Part shown: positions 10,286 through 19,723 of the stretch, piece after piece | How the letters are laid out: every line of letters begins with the position of its first letter | Numbering within the stretch: the first letter of the stretch is position 1 | From: a virus | Taxonomy: Duplodnaviria; Caudoviricetes | Length of the DNA: 64,000 bases | Strand: one strand, 5' to 3' | Virus record (IMG/VR): IMGVR_UViG_3300050505_000468 | Location: 1-64,000 of that record | Notes under the pieces: generated by a model | Told to the model about the DNA's origin: nothing | The model's database searches: none | Seen by the model: only the letters and a program-made list of their open reading frames with translations | Translations under genes and position numbers: made by a program

Positions 10286-10711
10286 ATGCGTAAGCTCGAA
10301 ATCGACGCCAACGGAATCCGCACATCTAAGTACCCGCGCTGTGAAGATCCAGACCCTGAACAGGTGGAGCTCTGCCGGCGGTGGCTTCGGCTACATGCCG
10401 AACCGCGGAAGTCGGTGAACCGTACCGTCTCGTCGTATGGACTGAAGCATTTCGTGGAAGACTGGACGCGAACGCTTGGTCAGAGCTTCGACCAGGTAGA
10501 CCCCTGGGGCCGGGCGTGGACTGGGGACTACCTCTACGTCAGCAACGGGGCCTTCATCGCGGCCGCTATCGAGGAAGGCTACAGAATTCTGCGCTGCGGC
10601 CCCGATTCCCCCAACGCGTTCCTGAACATCTCCTTCGGGCCCGCGCGGCGGCGGGAGGAGGATCTCTCCGCACGCCTTGCGCTCACGGGCAGCAGGACGG
10701 CCCAAGCGTGA
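10286..10711 (+). CDS. conserved phage hypothetical protein
   Basis: SSYGLKH...YVSNGAFIAAA motif; GGGAG SD. Confidence 0.6.
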   Translation: MRKLEIDANGIRTSKYPRCEDPDPEQVELCRRWLRLHAEPRKSVNRTVSSYGLKHFVEDWTRTLGQSFDQVDPWGRAWTGDYLYVSNGAFIAAAIEEGYRILRCGPDSPNAFLNISFGPARRREEDLSARLALTGSRTAQA

Positions 10712-11260
10712 TCGCGCTGAGAACGCGATGGTTAACCGGCGTCTTTCAATGGTGCGGCTGGTCGGCAGCGCGCTACCACTGGGCCTGGGGAATTGAGGGT
10801 CGCCGGTGGCCGACGATCTACGCCGGGCCCATCAAGATCATCACGGGACCGAATCGAGATTTCCCAAACCGAGCCGCGGAAAAACAAGCGGCGCGAGTCG
10901 CTGACGAACAGGCGGTCGCAAAGGGACGGAAGAGCCGCGAAGTGCTCATGCGCGAAAACTCATTTCTGCGCGCACGGCGCGACCAGCCGATTGATTTCAA
11001 GCGGATAGCTCGCATCAAATGAACCGCCGCCGCTTCCTCGGAGCCCTCGGCTCTGCGCTGGCCGCCCCGGCCGCGTCGCGGCGCGTCTACTCGTTTCTCT
11101 GGGATAATCCGCTCGTCCGGGAGCCCACGGCGGAAGAGCTCCGCGCGCTCATCAAGTCCACTGCGCTGTACCAGAAGCTCACCAGCGAAAACCCCATTTT
11201 GGAGAGCGCTTTCGATGTGCCGTTGTTTGGGGCAGCCGCGTACGCCCTGGGGCGGCAGCT

Positions 11261-11851
11261 GTGAAGCCGAGGCGGCGGCGTAAGCCATGCGTCTGCGCCG
11301 AAGAGCAGCGCGCGATGGGCCGAAAGAAGCCGCTGCCCTGCCGTGCGTGCGGTAAGGCCTTCGTCACCATGGGGTACTGGACGCGTATTCCGAACGAGAT
11401 GATGCGCAGGCCGAGCTATGGGCCGACCGGGGCGGTGATCTTCGAGTCCGAACCGGCCGTGGCCGGCACGGTTCGGGCGTTGTCCCTGACCCAGAACGAT
11501 CGCGGCTGGAACGTCATCCCAGACGTGCAGGCCCTGAAGTACGAGCACACCACGAACCTCGTCGACGGGATCGAACAGCGATTCGTCGTGTTCGAGGGCC
11601 AGAAGCGGACGGTTTACGCTTGCCAGCCGGTGCTCGAGGTGATCCAAGAAACTGAGGCCGCCCGGGATTTCGCTCCCCTTCGCTCATTTTTCGCTGGCCG
11701 TTCGCCCAAGGCGGACCGGTACGTGATCGTGGTCACGCTTGAACCGCTGCCGCCTAGAAACCCCATGAAAGAAGCCCGGCGAAGAGCGCGGGTCTACCAG
11801 CGGATCGGCAAGCTCCTCACGAAGCCCTTCCGCGACAAGCTCGTCCTGTGA
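11261..11851 (+). CDS. hypothetical protein
   Basis: GTGA-coupled at both ends; CRAC motif. Confidence 0.5.
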   Translation: MKPRRRRKPCVCAEEQRAMGRKKPLPCRACGKAFVTMGYWTRIPNEMMRRPSYGPTGAVIFESEPAVAGTVRALSLTQNDRGWNVIPDVQALKYEHTTNLVDGIEQRFVVFEGQKRTVYACQPVLEVIQETEAARDFAPLRSFFAGRSPKADRYVIVVTLEPLPPRNPMKEARRRARVYQRIGKLLTKPFRDKLVL

Positions 11852-12831
11852 CGGACAAGCCACCGATCCTGCTCGGCACCGCGGCCCTGAACCGCGAGCT
11901 CGAGACGCTGATCGGGGGCGCCGAAGAGCTCGCCGCCGAAGCGCAAGCCTCGAACACCCGCCGCGCGTACGACCGGCAATGGGCCGCGTTCGAGGCCTGG
12001 TGCCGCGCGCGGGGGCTAGGGGCGGAGCTGCCCGTCGAGCCCGCGGCGGTCGCGATGTACGTCTCCTACCTGGTCGACCTCCGCCGCAGCATGTCGACCA
12101 TCCAGCAGGCCATGGCGGCCATCGCCGACCGGCACCGGCACGCCGGAACGGGCTCGCCCACGGGCCACCCCCAGATCCAGCTCATCTTGCAGGGCGCGCG
12201 GCGCCGGCGCGGGGTGGCGGCCGAGCATCAGGCCCGCCCGCTTCTGCCGGACGACCTTCGGGCCCGCATCCGCCCGCTCATCGATACCGGGCGCCTGCGC
12301 GGCGCGCGGGACCTCGCTCTCCTCTCCTTTGGCCTTGCCGCCGCGCTCCGGCGGAGCGAGTTTTGCGGGCTCCGGCTGAGCCAGCTCGAGCGGGTGAAGC
12401 GCGGGTTTCTGGTGCGGCTTGCCCACACCAAAAGCGACCAGGAGGGCCGCGGGCACGAACGGCTCATCACCCACGGTGCGCACGCCGACGTCTGCCCGGT
12501 GCGGGCGATGGACGAATGGATTTCGCGATCAGGGATTGACAGCGGGACGGTTTTGCGCTGCGTCCACCGGCAAGATCGGGCCATCGAAAAACCTCTTGAC
12601 GACGACACGCTAAACTGGATCGTGCGCGACTACACGCGCAGGGCCGGCATGGGCGATGGCTATTCGGGCCACTCGCTTCGCGCGGGCTACATCACCGCCG
12701 CGCATCGCGCGGGCAAAGACGCCGTTGCGATCCAGCGGCACGTGGGTCACCGCTCGCCGAAGTCGACAGCGATCTACATCCGGCATGCCGATGTGCTCGA
12801 TAGCACGGCTACGAAAGACATCGGGCTCTAG
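11848..12831 (+). CDS. tyrosine recombinase/integrase (Cre-like)
   Basis: N-terminal SAM-like domain (NTRRAY); catalytic LRRSE, TKSDQ, HSLR, GH and Y. Confidence 0.92.
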   Translation: MTDKPPILLGTAALNRELETLIGGAEELAAEAQASNTRRAYDRQWAAFEAWCRARGLGAELPVEPAAVAMYVSYLVDLRRSMSTIQQAMAAIADRHRHAGTGSPTGHPQIQLILQGARRRRGVAAEHQARPLLPDDLRARIRPLIDTGRLRGARDLALLSFGLAAALRRSEFCGLRLSQLERVKRGFLVRLAHTKSDQEGRGHERLITHGAHADVCPVRAMDEWISRSGIDSGTVLRCVHRQDRAIEKPLDDDTLNWIVRDYTRRAGMGDGYSGHSLRAGYITAAHRAGKDAVAIQRHVGHRSPKSTAIYIRHADVLDSTATKDIGL

Positions 12832-13562
12832 ATTTCCACGTCGAAGCACGGGTTCCACTCCGGATTCAGTTCGTTCGGGTAGTAGCCGTACGGGTTACAC
12901 ACGATGCGCGTCACGCCGAGCTTGTAGTCCTTGGAATCGTGGGTGTGGCCGTGGATCCAGAGCTTCGGTTGCTTCTGCAGGATGAGCGCTGTGAGATCGG
13001 TTACGAAGTAGCGGTTCAGGGGATTGCCCTGCCAGCGCTTCGAGATGGAGTGGCGGGTCGGCAAGTGGTGCGTGACGACGATCGAGTTTCTTGCCACAAG
13101 GAGTTCGAGCCGCGCGCACGACCGCGCGTTCTCAGCGTAGACCCAGTTCTTGAAGTCTTTGATGACCCGAAAGTCCGTCATGTACTGCTGGTGGCGCTCT
13201 TCCTCGTTTCGCGGAAACCAGAGCGTCTCGCCAATTACCTCGCCTCCATAGAAACGGCTCGTCTCGATACCGAGGTTGGTGACTCCCGCCGGGAGGCTCA
13301 TATTGTAGACGTCCGAAAACTCCGCGTCGTAGTATTCGTGATTCCCCGGGATGTAGAGAATCGGGGTCGACGCCGGCGTCTGGCGCTTCACTGCATCGTT
13401 GATGCGGATCAACGACTCGCAGAGCATGCGGTGCGGGGCGAGATCGCCGGCGATGACGAGGGCATCCGGCGGGTCTTCATCGAGCCGCATCGAACGGATG
13501 AGCGCATGCCCCCGGTCTGGCTGAAACTCGAAGTGCAGATCGGAAACAACGCGGATTCGCAT
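12828..13562 (-). CDS. calcineurin-like metallophosphoesterase
   Basis: SDLH, AGD, PGNHE, THH, HGHTH. Confidence 0.92.
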   Translation of the reverse strand: MRIRVVSDLHFEFQPDRGHALIRSMRLDEDPPDALVIAGDLAPHRMLCESLIRINDAVKRQTPASTPILYIPGNHEYYDAEFSDVYNMSLPAGVTNLGIETSRFYGGEVIGETLWFPRNEEERHQQYMTDFRVIKDFKNWVYAENARSCARLELLVARNSIVVTHHLPTRHSISKRWQGNPLNRYFVTDLTALILQKQPKLWIHGHTHDSKDYKLGVTRIVCNPYGYYPNELNPEWNPCFDVEI

Positions 13563-13569
13563 GGGAACT

Positions 13570-14007
13570 CTAGTAGAGCGGGAGGTCACCGACGTAAGTG
13601 TGCGCCGTAGGGCGTGGCAGCGGCATCAGCGCGAGACACGTCTCGGTTCCCGCTGGGATTTCGGTGCGGCCTTCGTCAACGACCACGGCATAGATGGGCT
13701 CGATGCCGTCGAGGCCGCCATAGAATTCGAGTCCCGAAACGCGCGTGGCATTGAGGAGACCCTTCAGAAGATCCCACGCCCGTTCATCGCGGACCTTCAG
13801 CGCGATCTTGGGATAGCTGCCGCGTTCCCATTCCGTCAGAAGCGCCTGCGCAAGCGGGTTTTTCGATCGCTCGATCGCGCGAAGGCAGAGCTGCACGGCG
13901 TGTCCAGCCTGGGCCGCAACCTTGCCTTTCGACAGCTTCAGGTCACCGCGGAACACCAGATACATCACGACCTCGATCTGGCGGTCTGATGTTGACGGAG
14001 CGCTCAT
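13570..14007 (-). CDS. pth2: peptidyl-tRNA hydrolase, PTH2 family
   Basis: GKVAAQAGHA, KIALK, VVDEGRTEI, GTETCLA. Confidence 0.88.
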   Translation of the reverse strand: MSAPSTSDRQIEVVMYLVFRGDLKLSKGKVAAQAGHAVQLCLRAIERSKNPLAQALLTEWERGSYPKIALKVRDERAWDLLKGLLNATRVSGLEFYGGLDGIEPIYAVVVDEGRTEIPAGTETCLALMPLPRPTAHTYVGDLPLY

Positions 14008-14206
14008 TGCTTACCTAAGGAAAGCCGGCTGGCCCAGTACTCGGGCGGCGCGCCTTTGGCGTACGCGATCATCCAGATATGAACCCTTAATCCGATGGAA
14101 TTCTCGGGCAAGCACACTTCGTCTTTTCCCAGCCGCTTCAGCTCCGCGTTGACTTCGTCGACCCATCGGTCGAACGCCTCCAGATCTTCTTTGCTCGCAA
14201 GTTTGC

Positions 14207-14668
14207 TCATTTCCCAGGATCCGTGACGAAGGTGACATGTTCCGGAACATTGAAAAGGCTCAGCGCTCCGGGCCAGGGCGTGAACGGTAGCGGCTCGACG
14301 TCGGTGAGCACGAACCCGTATTTGTCCCGCATCCACCAGCGGAGATCAACGCCGTGCTGGCGCACGACAGCTAGTGCGGTAATCGGCTCGCCCGGCGGGA
14401 TCACATCGACCAGGTGACAGCGGCCGACGAAGCCGCCTCGCTGCACGCTATCGAGTCCCGGCCAATCGGCGCGCTGAATCAAGCGCCGATCGATCATCCA
14501 CGTAAGCGCGGCTTCGACCTCGGCCTGGGGCGCCGCCTGCGCGGCGTGCAGGAGTATCGGGCCGCGGTAGTGCGTGTTCCACGAACGGTTATCGATCCGT
14601 TTCGGGGAAGCGAGCGCGGACGACAGGATCGCCCACCACCACGGTTGCCGGCCGCTCAGCGCTTTCAT
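14207..14668 (-). CDS. ASCH/PUA-like domain protein
   Basis: MKALSGRQPW...KRIDNRSWNTHYRGPILLHA...GALSLF. Confidence 0.8.
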   Translation of the reverse strand: MKALSGRQPWWWAILSSALASPKRIDNRSWNTHYRGPILLHAAQAAPQAEVEAALTWMIDRRLIQRADWPGLDSVQRGGFVGRCHLVDVIPPGEPITALAVVRQHGVDLRWWMRDKYGFVLTDVEPLPFTPWPGALSLFNVPEHVTFVTDPGK

Positions 14669-15027
14669 TTGCGCCGCCGCAGGGAAAGCGTGTGCATACG
14701 CTTGCCACACCAGGGACACTTCGGAGAAGTTCGCAATCCCTCGCGGGCGAGCGTCTGTTCCATCACGATCCACACGATGTGATCGTTTGCGCGAAGCCTG
14801 GCGTCCGAGCTCCGTCCCCTGCGCTTCTGGCAGGCCTTCGTGCACACCCAGGGCAGCAGCCCGAACTCGCACTCGAGGTAGTGTGCGAGGCAGAGCGCGT
14901 GCTCGGTCCGGGTCCCGCTGATGTCACCGGATTCTAGAAAGCGATAGGTGTGCGCTCGATGGTAGTCGAGCGCGGGCTCCTTGCACCACTCGCAGCGCGC
15001 CGGCCGCTTGGAAGTCTTCTGCGGCAC
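14665..15027 (-). CDS. Zn-finger hypothetical protein
   Basis: Several CxxC motifs. Confidence 0.45.
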   Translation of the reverse strand: MPQKTSKRPARCEWCKEPALDYHRAHTYRFLESGDISGTRTEHALCLAHYLECEFGLLPWVCTKACQKRRGRSSDARLRANDHIVWIVMEQTLAREGLRTSPKCPWCGKRMHTLSLRRRK

Positions 15028-15030
15028 AGC

Positions 15031-15906
15031 TTAACCCGTTGGCGCCCAGGACGCGGCCTTGTCCGCCAGGACGCGCACATGCTCCTGCGGGAACAGGTTC
15101 GGTGCGTAGTCGAAGCAAACCTTTGCCCAGACGGCAGCCAGGCGCTGAAACTCGAGGTCTGCGCCTTCGCCGCCGCGCTCGAGAAAAAGCTTGGCGAGAG
15201 CGATGGGGTTCGTGGTCCAGATCCAGCTCGTCTCGCACGCGTGCGACAAGTACGGGCTCGCCGATTCGTAGATGCGTTTTCGCTCGAGCCCCGTCGGCGC
15301 CCGGCCGTGCTTGGTTTCGTAGGCCGCTGACTTCCTCATGATGTAGTCGATGTAATAGTTGTAGTTCAGATTCATCGCCCGCTCGAACTCCCGGAGTTCG
15401 GCGGGGTCGTTCACGATAGCGGGATGTGCGATGTACCAGCCGTAATGCTCGGTGTAGCGCGTGCTCTCCTGCGACGGAGACCCCTCTTCATCGCGGTCCG
15501 CTCCCACGTAGTTTCGGATAAGCTCGTGGGAAACGCGGCGGGACACGCCGGCGATGAAGAACGTGAACTTTGGGTGATACGCGATGCTTCGGTGCGGGAC
15601 TTCGCCCGACTGCGTGCTCGCGATGTAGTCGCGGTTCGTTTTCTTACCCGCCTTGAGCCCCCAGCTGTCGTAGCATTTCCTTCCAGCTATCTCGACAGCG
15701 AGCTCGGCGTCCGTCACTGTCCGGCCGTCTTCGGGCGCAAGCTTGTGCGGGAAGAGCGCGGCGAGGTCCGTGGGATCACCATCCAGGCATTCAGGCCGAT
15801 GCGTTTTCACCCAGCCCATCATTTCGTTGATGCCCGGCAGATAGAGCGCCGGTCGTACAATCATGGCCACGGTGGGTAGGCCCGTGTGGATGGTGACGTT
15901 TCTCAT
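15031..15906 (-). CDS. thyX: FAD-dependent thymidylate synthase-like protein
   Basis: AGRKCY, GVSRRVSHELIR, SQESTRY; the RHR motif is divergent. Confidence 0.8.
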   Translation of the reverse strand: MRNVTIHTGLPTVAMIVRPALYLPGINEMMGWVKTHRPECLDGDPTDLAALFPHKLAPEDGRTVTDAELAVEIAGRKCYDSWGLKAGKKTNRDYIASTQSGEVPHRSIAYHPKFTFFIAGVSRRVSHELIRNYVGADRDEEGSPSQESTRYTEHYGWYIAHPAIVNDPAELREFERAMNLNYNYYIDYIMRKSAAYETKHGRAPTGLERKRIYESASPYLSHACETSWIWTTNPIALAKLFLERGGEGADLEFQRLAAVWAKVCFDYAPNLFPQEHVRVLADKAASWAPTG

Positions 15907-16337
15907 TGACCTTCTCCTTGTGCATTCGATCCCGAATGACCGAGCTCCGCCAGCGCGCTTTTCACGAGCAGTAGGACGAACTCGATCTTGTCCGTGACGA
16001 CGTCGCCCGACAGGGCCATTACGGTTTCGCTGAGGAGCTCGTCTTCGCTGCTAGCCAGGACCCTGTACGCCAGGGTACCGCGGTCGTGCTCGTAGCGGCG
16101 TGAATCGGAATCGGAATGGAGCATCCGCTTTCTGAAGGCGAGCTCGCGCTTCAGGTACCAGAGCGCCTTTTCGAGATCCGTTTTCTCTGATCTCTTGTGA
16201 TCCCGCCGCCAGATATACTTCACGGCATTGCCGACGTTGAAGGGCAAGAGCTCGACGAACTCGATGCACTCGACCCCGCTTCGGTCACTGGTGTAATGGG
16301 TCGGGTGGTTCACTGGATCGCCGCAGGCTTCGGACAT
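15903..16337 (-). CDS. DUF3310 domain protein
   Basis: DPVNHPTHY...GNAVKYIWR...DLEKALWYL. Confidence 0.88.
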   Translation of the reverse strand: MSEACGDPVNHPTHYTSDRSGVECIEFVELLPFNVGNAVKYIWRRDHKRSEKTDLEKALWYLKRELAFRKRMLHSDSDSRRYEHDRGTLAYRVLASSEDELLSETVMALSGDVVTDKIEFVLLLVKSALAELGHSGSNAQGEGQ

Positions 16338-16347
16338 GTTGACCCCG

Positions 16348-16378
16348 ACTACTATCACTGCTATCAGTGCTGTCAACG
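16348..16378 (-). promoter_or_regulatory. promoter with three operator-like boxes
   Basis: On - strand: TTGACAGCAC TGATAGCAG TGATAGTAGT, upstream of the DUF3310-thyX run. Confidence 0.6.
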
Positions 16379-16807
16379 TGAATCGGCGGCTTCGCATCGC
16401 GCACGCTTCCTGGCTCCGCGTTGAAACCAAGTACGCGACCTATGCGATCGCGTTCGAGGGGGACAGCGTGATCGGCGGGGCACCGTACGGAATGCGGGTG
16501 CTCGGTGGCGAGCGGAGTATTCGGCGGGCGCGGGAGCGGCTTGAAAGGATGGGCGCGCGGTGCGACGTGATCGTGTGAAAGAATGGCCGATCATTTTCAC
16601 GGCACCCATGGTCCGTGCGATCCTCGAAGGCAAGAAGGACCGAGTCACTCTGCCGATCGATCTACGCCGTGTGAAACACCCGGTGACGGCGGTGTATTAT
16701 GGGATCTACGAAGCGTTACGGCGACACGGAACATTGGCGCTGGATTGAAAACCCTTGGTGTTGGGCGGTGGCTTTTCGCCGCGTTACCGAAGAAAGCAGG
16801 GACTCCG

Positions 16808-17353
16808 ATGGCGATGGATCAATGGCAATTGCAGCAACTCATCACGCAAGCTGAAAGCGCCGGGCAAGCGCTCGCATACTCGCTGGACAAACTCCAAGCC
16901 ACGGTGGGCCTCAGCCTTTTCCGCGAGCTCTGGGCGATGGCGGGCCCTGAAGAGCGGCAAGAGGTCGTGACCGCTTACCTCGCCGGGATAAAGAAGGACA
17001 TCGAGAAACATGCGGGCTTCGGTGCCGGCGACGTCGTGAGGCAAACGCTCGAAGAGTCGGGCCTCCTTAGAACGCCAGAGTCCTTGGAGGCGCTCCGCAA
17101 AGCCGTGATTGAACGGGCCGTGTTAATCGTGATGGATTCGAGACCTGGCTACTACGACGAGTCGTCCAAGGGTGTCTATCCCGCGATCGTGGCCGCGACC
17201 CACACTATCGTCGGCGAAATCGCCGCCGAGGTCTGCCGCATGAAGCGCGAGCAGATCGCCGAAGCCGTCATGAAGCATCTCGCCGACAACGTGATTGATG
17301 ACGCGGTGAAAGCACACGCCGACTCCCTGATTCGCCGGCTGAAGCCCGCGTGA
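16808..17353 (+). CDS. hypothetical protein
   Basis: Helical ORF, GTGA-coupled to DUF1643. Confidence 0.5.
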   Translation: MAMDQWQLQQLITQAESAGQALAYSLDKLQATVGLSLFRELWAMAGPEERQEVVTAYLAGIKKDIEKHAGFGAGDVVRQTLEESGLLRTPESLEALRKAVIERAVLIVMDSRPGYYDESSKGVYPAIVAATHTIVGEIAAEVCRMKREQIAEAVMKHLADNVIDDAVKAHADSLIRRLKPA

Positions 17354-17892
17354 TCGAAGCCGACACATTGTTCGCGGACGTGCCCGGGATCTTCACTCAG
17401 CGATCGGTAACCGGACAGGAGCACGCGTGGTTCAGCAAGGGCCGTCGAACGCACCGGTACGCGCTTTCCCGGAACTGGAACCCGTGCCGACGAATGCTTG
17501 GCTGGCTCTGCCTAAACCCGAGCATCGCCGGCGCAATCGACAACGATGCGACGGTGCTCCAGATCGAGCACTACACGAACGCCTGGGGGTTCGGCGGCTT
17601 CTACCTCACGAACCTCTACGCGCTCATCGCGACCGATCCGAAGAAGCTCGTTGAGACCGCGACCGAGGACGCGATCGGCGAGCACAACGACCGGTTCATC
17701 GTGGGTGCGGCGGGCGCGGTCGATGCCATCGTCTGCGCCTGGGGCGGCCACAGCATGGCCAAGGCGCGCTGGTCGCAGGTGAAGCCGCTTCTCGAAAAGC
17801 CCCTCTGGTGCCTTGGTCTCACCCGCGGCGGGGACCCGCTCCACCCGTGCCGAAAGTCCCGCGCACTCGTGCATCAGACGTTTTGGGGCTGA
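17350..17892 (+). CDS. DUF1643 domain protein
   Basis: RYALSRNW, LNPSIA, NLYA, CAWG, LHP. Confidence 0.85.
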   Translation: MIEADTLFADVPGIFTQRSVTGQEHAWFSKGRRTHRYALSRNWNPCRRMLGWLCLNPSIAGAIDNDATVLQIEHYTNAWGFGGFYLTNLYALIATDPKKLVETATEDAIGEHNDRFIVGAAGAVDAIVCAWGGHSMAKARWSQVKPLLEKPLWCLGLTRGGDPLHPCRKSRALVHQTFWG

Positions 17893-18226
17893 CGTTCCGG
17901 CCCGTTTTCTTGCCGGAAGGCGGTGGGGCGGGATAGCTTCGTGGGGCGTGATCCAGCCGCGACTTTTCTACTGGGCGGGCTTCGCCCCCGAGGTCAAGGG
18001 CTGGCACTGCCTGTACGTGTATACGGGCTACGGCTGGCAGCAGGTGCCGTCAAAATGCGGGTACAACTTCTACTTCGCCGACGTGAACTGGAACGACGCG
18101 CTCCGCGAGGACTACTCTTTCGACTTCAAAAACCACGCGGGCGGCCCGCCCTATTACTGGGCGGGCGTCTGGTACTACGGCGAGGACGGAGCCTGGCACC
18201 TCGGCGCGTCGTGGCAGAACTGGTAG
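17885..18226 (+). CDS. Trp/Tyr-rich hypothetical protein (start uncertain)
   Basis: Aromatic-rich ORF with high-GC codon usage. Confidence 0.45.
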   Translation, partial: GADVPARFLAGRRWGGIASWGVIQPRLFYWAGFAPEVKGWHCLYVYTGYGWQQVPSKCGYNFYFADVNWNDALREDYSFDFKNHAGGPPYYWAGVWYYGEDGAWHLGASWQNW

Positions 18227-18227
18227 C

Positions 18228-18677
18228 TCAGTCGCGAACGAGATCGCCGAGTAGGGCGAGGATGATCTCGGTGTTCATTTGATCGTATGAGCTCTGCCGA
18301 ACGATCACGCCGCGTTCTTTCAAGATCCCAACGACGACTGCCCCGAAGATGGCGTCCTTGGCTTGCAGCGGATACGGGAGCTCGTGGTACTTCACCAGGC
18401 ACGGATGCTCTTTCTTTGATGCGTCCTTTACGGGGCCATACGTCCAACCCGTGCGAACTTTTTCCTGGCACCAGGCGTCGTGGCTTAACTCCGGAACAAA
18501 TCTTCCCGATGCTATGATCGCGGCAACGCCCTTGATCGCACTCACCCGCTGCCAGCCTTCCGCCTCGTTCCAAGACTTCTGGCTCTCATCGCCAAGCCCG
18601 ATGCAGTAGGCGCGGTTGGCTTCGTGGGCCGCGCGGGCGGCGGCGAGGATGGCTTCTACTAGGGTCTCTCTGGTCAT
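18228..18677 (-). CDS. RyR (ryanodine receptor repeat) domain protein
   Basis: SHDAWCQEKVRTGWTYGPVKDASKKEHPCLVKYHEL. Confidence 0.85.
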   Translation of the reverse strand: MTRETLVEAILAAARAAHEANRAYCIGLGDESQKSWNEAEGWQRVSAIKGVAAIIASGRFVPELSHDAWCQEKVRTGWTYGPVKDASKKEHPCLVKYHELPYPLQAKDAIFGAVVVGILKERGVIVRQSSYDQMNTEIILALLGDLVRD

Positions 18678-19720
18678 TGCAGGCGCTCCTTCGCTTTTCT
18701 GAGCTCTTCGATCACGGGTAAGAGCTCGGTGAACCGATTGAACCAGGTGTGCTTGCTGACCACGCAAAGCCGGCCGGCGTGGCCCATCTGGTTAGACCGT
18801 TCCGGGTTGTCTAGGAGCCCCTTCACGAACTCCACCAGTTGAGCGTTTGCGGATTCCGGCGGAGTCATCAGGCTCGGGAACATCCTGCACTCGCGGCCAT
18901 CACGAAACTCTTCCTCGAGCCCTGGCACGCGTGCACACACGACGGGGCGGCCCGAGGCCATCGCGATGAGCTGGCGGTCGGAGTAGTAGCGCTCGATGTC
19001 GTTGAAGTGATTGATGTTGAGGCAGACCTTTGCGCGCTTCCAAACGTGGTGTTGCTGTTTCACGCCGCATCGGCCGGCAACCGGGATCCCCTTCGGCCAA
19101 CCGGTGCCGACAACGCCGACGTCGATGCCGGCCTTCACGAGCGCTTCGATCGCGACCCTGCGCTCCTCGGTGCCCTTTTGAAACGCCTTCTCGTAGTAGT
19201 TGCCGATGAAGACGGCGGCGGGCACGCGAAACGGCGGCGTCCAATCTGGAATGCCGAGCACGTCTTCCTCGAAGTCGAGTCCGATCTGGCAGTACTCGGC
19301 GCGGGGCGCGCCGGCAGCGCGGAACATCGGTAGCTGACCCGTGCTCGAGACCAGGGTGATGTCGGTCGCCTTGCAGATCGAAGACAGGTACGCGCTCACC
19401 TGGGGCCGGCAATCGCCCGTCCAGTGCGTGATGACTGCCTTCGGAAGCGCCTGGCGTAGCTTCGCCAGCGTATCGGCCGTGATGATCTCGGTGTCCTGGA
19501 GCTGGAGCCAGACCCAGTCGGGCTTGGCGGCGACGGCAGCACGAAGAAACTCGCCGTTCACCGTGGGCTTGAACTTGTTCTGATTTCCAAGCTTCATGAG
19601 CCGCTGGTAGTAGTCGAACGTGTGAACGCGATCCTGGCCGAAGATGCCGCGGAGCGCGGTCTCCATGCCGCGCTGCGGGTGGTCGTAGTTGATCGTGGCC
19701 GAGAAGACGGTGCGGATCAT
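18674..19720 (-). CDS. glycosyltransferase (CgeB/GT-B like)
   Basis: AKVCLNINH...YSDRQLIAMASG...HTWFNR. Confidence 0.8.
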   Translation of the reverse strand: MIRTVFSATINYDHPQRGMETALRGIFGQDRVHTFDYYQRLMKLGNQNKFKPTVNGEFLRAAVAAKPDWVWLQLQDTEIITADTLAKLRQALPKAVITHWTGDCRPQVSAYLSSICKATDITLVSSTGQLPMFRAAGAPRAEYCQIGLDFEEDVLGIPDWTPPFRVPAAVFIGNYYEKAFQKGTEERRVAIEALVKAGIDVGVVGTGWPKGIPVAGRCGVKQQHHVWKRAKVCLNINHFNDIERYYSDRQLIAMASGRPVVCARVPGLEEEFRDGRECRMFPSLMTPPESANAQLVEFVKGLLDNPERSNQMGHAGRLCVVSKHTWFNRFTELLPVIEELRKAKERLQ

Positions 19721-19723
19721 GGC

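Noticed and set aside
11848-12831. Prophage boundary or att site at the recombinase
   Set aside because: Virus-like genes continue on both sides, it is embedded in an operon, and no att repeat or tRNA was seen; it may be a resolvase
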